The position numbers were made by a program, and so were the translations under genes. 64,000 nt of DNA from an uncultured delta proteobacterium (GTDB lineage Bacteria; Myxococcota_A; Polyangia; Palsa-1104): positions 96,001 through 160,000 of the forward strand of contig CAWAWS010000016.1 in assembly GCA_963785725.1 (NCBI GenBank). Reading direction: 5' to 3'. Under the pieces are notes generated by a model. The model ran no database searches. It was not told where the DNA came from and saw only the letters and a list, made by a program, of their open reading frames with translations. Within the stretch, counting starts at the first letter, position 1. Each line of letters starts with the position of its first letter. Positions 53,784 through 64,000 of the stretch are shown in pieces.

Positions 53784-54791
53784 TTATCGATTGCTCGCCG
53801 TCGCCGACGAGAACATCGCCCGCACGATGTCGTTGATGCGGTGCTGGGCGTTGACACAAAAGATGAGCCGCTCGCGCGCCGGCGTGCGTTCACCGGCGGC
53901 CAACGTCCGCTGCATGAGCCGCAATTGGCCCACCCACTCGTTCCACTGTCCGAGCTGCGTCAAGGCCGCGTGGTTGACCTTCACGTCGACGTAGATCGCC
54001 ACCTGCAGCCAAAACAGCGACTCGAACAGCGACAACACGTTGTGCGCGTCGGTCAGGTCGACGGCGTGGGTGGCGCTCATGCTGATGGCGGCGTGCAGCG
54101 CGTCGCGCGCGGCTTCGATGTGGCCCGAGCGCGCCATGAGGCCGAGCGCTTGGCGCGCGCCGGCGAGCATGCTCGTCAGCGCCAACTGCGTCGCGCGATC
54201 GAGCCCCGAGCCGGCGCGACCGGCGCGCAGCACGAAGCGCAGATCGATCTCGTTGGGCTTGGGCGCGTTGGCGTCGGCGGCGTCGGTCAGCACGCGCGCG
54301 TCCTTGTCGACGAGAATGCGCGCGATCTCGATCTCCTCGCGGACGTTGGGCCCGAGCGGCGTCACGTCGATCGTGCAGCCCTCGAGCATGCGCCGATGAC
54401 CGCGCACCGCCAGGTTGTTCTTGTAGGAGATGAAGTCGGTGCCCTCTTCGAGATAGCGCGCCACGACGTAGACCGTCTGCGGCAGCTTCAAGCCCTCGAG
54501 CCGCACGTGCTTGATCTGCGTCTCCCACAGGACGAGCTCGCGGCCTTCGCCGTCGATGGCGCAGCCGGGCTGCACTTCGATCGACAGGTCGCCGCGGCCG
54601 CTGACCAGTAGCTCGCCCGCGTAGCCGGTGACGACGCCGGGGCCGTGGCAGTGCTGGTTGTGCCAGCGCAGCTTGTCGCGGCGATAGGCCTCGTTGTCGG
54701 CCCAGTCGGTGAAATAGGTGACCAGGCCCTTGAAGAAGTTGAGGCGCTTGAAGCCCTGCTGCGGCGCTGGCTCGGGCGCGTCGGGGGGCAT
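53784..54791 (-). CDS. Hypothetical protein with N-terminal domain resembling contractile-tail/eCIS tail-fibre attachment domains
   Basis: KRLNFFKG...DW...Y..DKLRWHNQHCHGPGVVTG..L.V...EVQPGCAIDGEGRELVL; helical C-terminus. Confidence 0.6.
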   Translation of the reverse strand: MPPDAPEPAPQQGFKRLNFFKGLVTYFTDWADNEAYRRDKLRWHNQHCHGPGVVTGYAGELLVSGRGDLSIEVQPGCAIDGEGRELVLWETQIKHVRLEGLKLPQTVYVVARYLEEGTDFISYKNNLAVRGHRRMLEGCTIDVTPLGPNVREEIEIARILVDKDARVLTDAADANAPKPNEIDLRFVLRAGRAGSGLDRATQLALTSMLAGARQALGLMARSGHIEAARDALHAAISMSATHAVDLTDAHNVLSLFESLFWLQVAIYVDVKVNHAALTQLGQWNEWVGQLRLMQRTLAAGERTPARERLIFCVNAQHRINDIVRAMFSSATASNR

Positions 54792-54915
54792 GCACCGATG
54801 TTACATCGGCGGCGACGGCGAATCGAGCGCAAGGTTTTGCGCGGTTGCGAGGCGGCGTGAAAACAGGAATGCGCAGCGACGGCAGAAATGGTATCGATGG
54901 CGGTCGGCGGCGGGA

Positions 54916-54999
54916 GCCCGGGTGGCGAAATCGGTAAACGCAGGGGACTTAAAATCCCCAGGTCGCAAGGCCGTACGGGTTCGAGTCCCGTCCCGGGCA
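54916..54999 (+). tRNA. tRNA-Leu(TAA)
   Basis: Acceptor GCCCGGG/CCCGGGC-A; D-arm GTGGCGAAATCGGTAAACGC; anticodon arm GGGGA-CTTAAAA-TCCCC (TAA 54950-54952); long variable arm GGTCGCAAGGCC; T-arm GGTTCGAGTCC. CCA not encoded. Confidence 0.97.
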
Positions 55000-55086
55000 C
55001 AGTCTTACTGCAAGCTAACTTCAGAAGAGCCAACGCTCAAGGCCGCGAGCAGCGGCCCGCCGGCGCAGCACGGCAAGTAGCCCGCC

Positions 55087-55377
55087 ATGACCGATTCCGC
55101 AAGCGATCGCAGCGTCGAAGAGCTCGTGCAGCATTGGTTTCGTCCGTGCCGGGCGAGGCGAACAAGGCACGCGCCGAGGCGGCGGTGCGCGATTGCCGTC
55201 GCGCACGACTGCGACATGCCGACGGCGACCTGGCCGCCGCAAGCGGTGCGCGGCAAGCGTTTTCGCGAGCTGCGGAGCCCGTTCGCGCCCATCCTGGACG
55301 TCTGGAAGCTCGGCTACCTGCTCGAAGCCGACGACGAATCGGCCACGCTGTTCGCGCCCATCGCCACCGTCGTGTAA
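55087..55377 (+). CDS. Short hypothetical protein, probably a gene fragment
   Basis: Only the C-terminal part (RELRSPFAPILDVWKLGYLL) looks protein-like. Confidence 0.35.
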   Translation: MTDSASDRSVEELVQHWFRPCRARRTRHAPRRRCAIAVAHDCDMPTATWPPQAVRGKRFRELRSPFAPILDVWKLGYLLEADDESATLFAPIATVV

Positions 55378-55380
55378 GCG

Positions 55381-56130
55381 TCAGCCGATGAGGCGCGCGA
55401 TGAGCGCCTCGGTCACGGTCGTGGCCTGCGCGTGCAGCCCGGCGCGTTCCATCTCCCCAACCGCTCCCAGCCGCCCGCGCGCTCGGTCGCGACCTCGTCG
55501 AGCACCTCGCTCACCACGAGGTCGAGCAGCTCGGCCCGGCGCTTGCGGTCGCTCTTGCCGATGCGCCCGATCTTGGAGCGCGCCGCCGGCAGCCGCGGCT
55601 CGTTGATACGCGCGAGCACGGCTTGGGTGAGCTCCGCCAGCGTGCCGTCGCCGCTCGGCGCCGGTCGCGGCGACCACTTCCGCGCGCCGTGGAAGCGCTC
55701 GTCCTCGGCGAACTCGGCCAGCTTGCGCTTGAGCCGCGGCGGCACCGGCTCCCCGTCGACGACGACGGCGCGCAGCGCTTGATGACGATGCCCTCGGCGC
55801 GATTGTCGGGCAGGCGCGGCAGCCCCAGCTGCGCCGGAACGCGCGTCTGAAAGCCGAGCACGTAGCTCTGCGCCTCGTTCATCTTGCCGACACGTAGCGG
55901 CTCGAGGTAGGGCACGTGCGTTTCGGCGAGCAGCGGCTGCGCGATCTCCCACTCGAGCAGCACGGCCTCGTCGCTGCGCATCACGGCCACGTCGAAGGCG
56001 CGCCATTCGATGCCGGGCGCGTACCACACGCCCGTTTGCACCGGCTCGACGCCGTCGACGGCAGCCACGTCGGGATGCGGATAGCCACCGCCGAAGATCT
56101 CGCCGTACACGATGACGTGCGTGGCGTCGC
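55381..56130 (-). pseudogene. Rnl2-family (T4 RNA ligase 2-like) RNA ligase, 5'-truncated, two frameshifts
   Basis: Motifs III VYGEIFG, IIIa AFDVAV, IV AEGIVIK, V KRKLAEFAE, and C-domain RINEPRL..ARSKIG. Frame switches near 55776 and 55456. No motif I (KxxG) visible upstream. Confidence 0.8.
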
Positions 56131-56356
56131 TGTACGCTTCGAGCTCGACGGCGACGACGGGTCGACCGCCGCGCAGCTTCCAGCGGCCTGCGGCGTGCGG
56201 CGTGCGAACCGGCGCCGGCGCGCCGCGACCGTCGAGCACCAGCGCCTGACCACCCACGGAGTGAGCGGCGGCACCCTCCCTCTCGCTCTACAATATTTTC
56301 GCAGCTGATTTAGCTATCGAGATTACGAATTTTTGTGTTAAAATAACTCATCCGCG

Positions 56357-59682
<3,326 letters not shown>

Positions 59683-59836
59683 GCGTCGCCGCGCGGTCGT
59701 CGGCGGCGTCGTACGACGACGCGCGCTGCTGCCGCGCATCAATACGGAGCGGAGCTTCCGCGCGTATGCGAAATGAGCTTCGTTCGGTAGGCCGCAGGCT
59801 ACATCGACGCGGTCGCTTCGGCGGCCTCGAATCGGC

Positions 59837-62083
59837 TCACTGCTGCTTGCGCAGGATGGTGCCGCCGCGGCCGATCGCCCATAGATCGTTGGGCGTCGCG
59901 CCCCACACTTTGGACAGCGCATCGACGCCGGCCGCCTCCGTCGACCACAGGCTGCCGTTCCAGTGCAGCACGGCCGGGGTGCCGTAGGCCGAGCCGACGG
60001 CGTAGAAGTCATTGTCGGCGAAGCCGAACAGCCCGTACAAGAGGAGGTCGTCAGGCGTGGGCGACGCGGTCCAGGTGCCGTTGTAGTAGCTGTAGATGTA
60101 GTCGCTGCCGACGGCGAAGGTGGTCCAGCCGAAGGAGAACGTGTCCTCGACCTCGAGGTCGTTCGCCAGGCTGGCTACGTTCCATACCGTACCGCTGCCG
60201 GGATAGCTCGCGAACAGCGAGGCCGTATCGTACAGGACGGCATCACCGTCGCCGACGGCCAGGACCGCCCCGTTCTCGCCCATGCTGCGCACGCCGTTCA
60301 GGTTCAGGCGCGCGAACGGCGAAGCGAACGTGTAGCCGCCCGACCAGGCGGAGCCGTCCCAATGGAGGATGGGCGCCTCGGCGCTGGTCGCGCCGCCGGT
60401 CTGGCTGAGCGAGCCGACGGCCCAGACGTCGTTGCCGCGGCTGCCCCACACGGCGTTGAGGTCGTAGGCGGGGCTGGCGTTGACCGGCTGCCAACCGGTG
60501 GCGGCGGAGCTCCAGTGCAGGATCGTGCCGCCGAGGCCGACGGCCCAGACGTCGTTGGCGCCGCTACCCCACACGGCGGTGAGCGCGTTGGTCGTCCCGC
60601 TCGGCACCGGCGACCAGAGCATCCCGTCGTAGTGGAGGGTGGTGCCGTTGGCGCCGACGATCCAGATGTCGTTGATCGCGCTGCCCCAGATCCCGGCCAG
60701 GTCGGTGAAGAGTCCGTTGGTGGGCGAGCTGAAGCTGCTGCCGTCGTAGTGGATGAGGGTGCCGCTGTCGCCGGCGATCCAGACGTCGTTGGCTCCGCCC
60801 GACCAGCCGCCCGAGAGAAACGCGGTGGTGCCGGTCGAGTAGCTCGCCTGCCAGGCGCTGCCGTCCCAGTGGACCACCGTGCCGTCCGAGCCGCAGGCCC
60901 AGACGTCGTTGGCGCCGCTGCCCCACACGGCCTGCAGGAACTGCGCGGTCACGCCGGGATAGGCGGTGAACGCGCCGCCGCTCCAGTGCAGGATGGTGCC
61001 GCCGGGGCCGACGAGCCAAGCGTCGCCGGGCGCTACGGCGTAGACGGACGCCGGACCGGGGCCGTGCGACGCCGGCGGCTGCGTCGCCGCGGGCGTAAAG
61101 CCGGTGCCGTCCGAGTGCCACAGCTGGCTGCCGACAACCCACACGTCGTCGGGGCCGGTGCCGCTGATGCCGGTGAAAGCCTCGTCGCTGCCGCCGACGT
61201 TGCTCATCGTCCAGCTGGTGCCGTCCCAGTGGCCGATGACGTTCGTCGTGCCGGCGATGGCGTAGACGTCGTTGCCGGCCGAGCCCCAGAAGCTGACGAA
61301 CGTGTCCTGCACCGGGGATTCGTCGACGAGCAGCTGCCAGCTCTTGCCGTCGAAGTGCGCCAATACGCCCTGACCGCCGATCCAGACATCGTCCGGCGCC
61401 ACGCCCCACACCGACCACAGGTCTTCTTGGGTCACGCCCGGATAGCTGCGCCAGACGCTGCCGTTCCAGTTGAGGATGGTGCCGGCGCTGCCGACCGCCC
61501 AGATGTTGTCGGGGCCGAAGCCGAAGGTCTGCACGAGGCCGTTGCCTTGTGGCAACGGGTTGACCCAGCACCAGTGGTCGGCGCTGCAGATGCCGGGCGG
61601 CGGCGCCGGCGCGAGGTCGGCCGGCGCGACGGGAGCGAGGTCGACCGCGTCGGGCGGAGCGCTGACGTCGAGCGGAGCGCTGACGTCGGCCGGCGGCGCC
61701 GCCAGGTCGTCGACGACCGTCAGGATCGGCATCTCGACGCTGTCGCAGCTCTCGCCGGCGACGTAGGACTTGCTGCCGGCGCCGATCTCGAGGCTGTCGA
61801 CGCGCGCCACGATCTGCAGGGAGACCGTCTTGCGGTGCGGGTAGCCTTCGGCGAACGCCACTTCGATGGTGCCCCAGCTGGCGCCGGGATCGCGCGCCAG
61901 CGAGCGAGTGAGGGCGGCGGCGCCGGCGACCGAGACGATGACGTCGACGCGGTTGGCGACGGTGGTGGCACCGGCAAAGTCGAGCGCGACCAGCACGGTG
62001 CCGGGCGCGCACGGACGCTGCAGGCAGCCGGCGCCACCCATGACGAGCGTCAGCCCGAAGATGGCCAGGAGCGCGCGTCGCAT
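59837..62083 (-). CDS. Lipoprotein with ~12 WG-x3-DVWAVG-x2-GTILHWDG beta-propeller repeats
   Basis: 3' part of ORF 59837..62896; MRRALLAIFGLTLVMGGAG-C; D-L-A/D-V-S linker; repeats such as LTAVWGSGANDVWAVGLGGTILHW. Confidence 0.85.
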   Translation of the reverse strand: MRRALLAIFGLTLVMGGAGCLQRPCAPGTVLVALDFAGATTVANRVDVIVSVAGAAALTRSLARDPGASWGTIEVAFAEGYPHRKTVSLQIVARVDSLEIGAGSKSYVAGESCDSVEMPILTVVDDLAAPPADVSAPLDVSAPPDAVDLAPVAPADLAPAPPPGICSADHWCWVNPLPQGNGLVQTFGFGPDNIWAVGSAGTILNWNGSVWRSYPGVTQEDLWSVWGVAPDDVWIGGQGVLAHFDGKSWQLLVDESPVQDTFVSFWGSAGNDVYAIAGTTNVIGHWDGTSWTMSNVGGSDEAFTGISGTGPDDVWVVGSQLWHSDGTGFTPAATQPPASHGPGPASVYAVAPGDAWLVGPGGTILHWSGGAFTAYPGVTAQFLQAVWGSGANDVWACGSDGTVVHWDGSAWQASYSTGTTAFLSGGWSGGANDVWIAGDSGTLIHYDGSSFSSPTNGLFTDLAGIWGSAINDIWIVGANGTTLHYDGMLWSPVPSGTTNALTAVWGSGANDVWAVGLGGTILHWSSAATGWQPVNASPAYDLNAVWGSRGNDVWAVGSLSQTGGATSAEAPILHWDGSAWSGGYTFASPFARLNLNGVRSMGENGAVLAVGDGDAVLYDTASLFASYPGSGTVWNVASLANDLEVEDTFSFGWTTFAVGSDYIYSYYNGTWTASPTPDDLLLYGLFGFADNDFYAVGSAYGTPAVLHWNGSLWSTEAAGVDALSKVWGATPNDLWAIGRGGTILRKQQ

Positions 62084-62808
62084 CAGAGGGTCACCTTGCC
62101 GATGGTCGGCGCGGGCGCGTGTGGTTGCAGTCCGAGGCCCAAGCCGAGACCGAGACCGACGCCGAGCACGACCGTGCCGCTCAGCGTCCACACCCACCAC
62201 GTCTTGTGCGGCGGCGTGCTGGCTCGCGGCGGCGAGGCTTCCGGCAGCGGCCGCCATGGCAGCGCCTGCTGCGGCGGCGTGCTCGGGCGCGGCACAGCTG
62301 GCGGTGGGATCGCGGGCGCCGGCGCGATCGTGCCCGGCTCCGACGGGACTTCGCGCGGCTCGGGCGTCGGCGACGGCAGGCTGCCGATGCTGGCGCTGGC
62401 CTGCAGCGACCTCCGTTCGACCGTCGTCTCGGCTTCGGCCGCAGCCGGCTCGGCGACGGCGGCACCGAGCCCGCTGAGCTGCTGCCGCGCGTCGTCGGCG
62501 ATCTCGCCTTCGCGTACCGCCGCCAGATAACGGCGGTAATGGGCCACCGCCTGCTGGTTGTCGTGCTTGAGCCGGTAGGCCTGCGCGATGTCGTAATGAA
62601 TCCGTTCGTTGGGATACAAGCGATAGGCTTCGTTGAACTCCGCCAGCGCTTCGTCGTAGGCACCTTTTCGGATCAGGCGCGCGCCGTTGCGAAAGTGCGT
62701 GCGCGCCTCGGCGCGTGCCCGCTCGTCGGGCTCGTCGGCGGTGGCCGCGCTCGAGCAGAGCAAGAGCGCAACCACGGCCATCGACTGGAGTCGCAGGTTC
62801 TTTGGCAT
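62083..62808 (-). CDS. Exported TPR protein with Pro linker and C-terminal TM helix
   Basis: ARTHFRNGARL..YDEALAEFNEAYRL..YDIAQAYR..AVAHYRRYL; KTWWVW plus TM; TGATG overlap with downstream gene. Confidence 0.85.
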   Translation of the reverse strand: MPKNLRLQSMAVVALLLCSSAATADEPDERARAEARTHFRNGARLIRKGAYDEALAEFNEAYRLYPNERIHYDIAQAYRLKHDNQQAVAHYRRYLAAVREGEIADDARQQLSGLGAAVAEPAAAEAETTVERRSLQASASIGSLPSPTPEPREVPSEPGTIAPAPAIPPPAVPRPSTPPQQALPWRPLPEASPPRASTPPHKTWWVWTLSGTVVLGVGLGLGLGLGLQPHAPAPTIGKVTL

Positions 62809-62907
62809 CGTTCGTCCTAGCGCCCGGTAGTCGTCGAATAGCACGAAGCGCGCCCTCAGATGTGGATGGCGCCGATCTCTTCGGTGGTATTCTCACGCCG
62901 GTTACAC

Positions 62908-64000
62908 ATGGGCTGCCCTACCGTCGGTGAGTGGGACCACTTCGGCGCCGGTGTCGATCCGCAGCGCGCCGAGGAGCTGGCCCGTCACCTCGATACCTGC
63001 GCGTCGTGCCGCGCGCTGGCGCCGTCGCGCGCGCTCGACGAGCAGACCCAGCCGCACGACGCCACGCCGGCGCTGACGCGCGGGCTGTCGGTGGGACGCT
63101 ACGTGGTGCTCGAGCGCATCGGCGAAGGCGGCATGGGCGTGGTCTACGCGGCGCACGATCCCGAGCTCGATCGCAAGGTGGCGCTCAAAGTGCTGCGCGT
63201 CGATCCTTCGCGCGACGAGATCGCGGTGCGCGCGCGGCTGCAGCGCGAGGCGCAGGCGCTGGCGCGACTGTCGCATCCCAACGTCATCTCCGTCCACGAC
63301 GTCGGCGCCAGCCCGCACGGCGTCTTCCTGGCGATGGAGCTCGTCGACGGGCAGACGCTGGGGCAGTGGCTGCGCGACGAGCACGACTGGCGCGCGGTGC
63401 TCGACGTGTTCCTGCGCGCGGGACAGGGCGTCGCCGCCGCTCACCACGCCGGCCTGGTGCATCGCGACTTCAAGCCCGACAACGTGCTCGTGGGCCGCGA
63501 CGGCCGCGTGCACGTGACCGACTTCGGGTTGGCGCGCATGGCCGGGCCGGCCGAGCTGTCCGACGATCAGTCGCACGACAGCCCGCTGCGCCTGTCGCTC
63601 ACGCGCACCGGCATGCTGCTCGGCACGCCGGCCTATATGGCGCCCGAGCAGATGAGCGGCGACGCCATCGACGCGCGCGCCGACATCTTCAGCTTCTGCG
63701 TCTCGCTCTACGAGGCGCTCTACCGACAGCGTCCGTTCGCCGGCGCCAACCTCGAAGAGCTGCGCCGATCGATGGCGCTCAACCAGGTGCGCATGCCGGC
63801 GGCGGGCGAGATCCCCGAGGAGATCTTGCGCGCGCTCTTGCGCGGGCTGCGGGCGGCGCCGGCGCAGCGCTACGGCGCCATCGACGAGCTGCTGGCCGTG
63901 CTGGAAGTGGCGGCGCGGCCGACGCCGCCGCCGGCGCGCCGTGCCGAGCGCGCCACGGCCGTTTGGCTGCTGGTGGCGCTCGGCGTCATCGTTGGATTGG
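62908..64000 (+). CDS. Ser/Thr protein kinase with N-terminal HxxxCxxC zinc finger (runs off the window)
   Basis: Manual translation from ATG 62908: MGCPT...RHLDTCASCR...GRYVVLERIGEGGMGVVY..DRKVALK..HPNVI..HRDFKPDN..DFGLA..GTPAYMAPEQ, TM at window end. Absent from the ORF track because there is no stop. Confidence 0.92.
   Translation, partial: MGCPTVGEWDHFGAGVDPQRAEELARHLDTCASCRALAPSRALDEQTQPHDATPALTRGLSVGRYVVLERIGEGGMGVVYAAHDPELDRKVALKVLRVDPSRDEIAVRARLQREAQALARLSHPNVISVHDVGASPHGVFLAMELVDGQTLGQWLRDEHDWRAVLDVFLRAGQGVAAAHHAGLVHRDFKPDNVLVGRDGRVHVTDFGLARMAGPAELSDDQSHDSPLRLSLTRTGMLLGTPAYMAPEQMSGDAIDARADIFSFCVSLYEALYRQRPFAGANLEELRRSMALNQVRMPAAGEIPEEILRALLRGLRAAPAQRYGAIDELLAVLEVAARPTPPPARRAERATAVWLLVALGVIVGL

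Noticed and set aside
59900..61560. CRISPR-like periodic nucleotide repeats (e.g. CCAGACGTCGTTG)
   Set aside because: They are coding repeats of the propeller lipoprotein, degenerate and in frame, with no cas genes.

Overview
High-GC (roughly 70% by eye) bacterial chromosomal window. It most resembles a myxobacterium (Myxococcota, probably Polyangia-like), an inference from Ser/Thr kinase-TPR proteins, a PEGA protein, Cys-rich lipoproteins and a ~3,800-aa TPR protein. Housekeeping genes (queA-tgt-yajC, pfk, asd, recQ-like, HMG-CoA lyase, tRNA-Leu(TAA)) are interleaved with accessory envelope and signalling modules. The most promising candidate systems are: (i) a co-oriented block at 24.8-36.4 kb (sensor kinase, FecR protein, secreted beta-propeller, Ig-like protein, and a 1,787-aa DUF11/SdrD-B protein with a very large C-terminal outer-membrane domain carrying an SprA-like motif), possibly an uncharacterised surface display/secretion system; (ii) an ECF sigma/anti-sigma cluster with a likely autoregulated promoter, followed by a TPR-beta-barrel (Slam/T11SS-like architecture), a Trp/His-repeat lipoprotein and a planctomycete-type DUF1549/DUF1553-DUF1501 pair; (iii) an orphan contractile-tail-fibre-like gene and a truncated Rnl2-type RNA ligase flanking the tRNA. 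Several genes have a TANNNT hexamer 6-7 nt before the start codon and no SD, suggesting leaderless transcription. Multiple single-base frameshifts probably reflect sequencing error. No CRISPR array, rRNA, transposase or integrase was seen. All family assignments come from motif recognition by eye; no database search was run.
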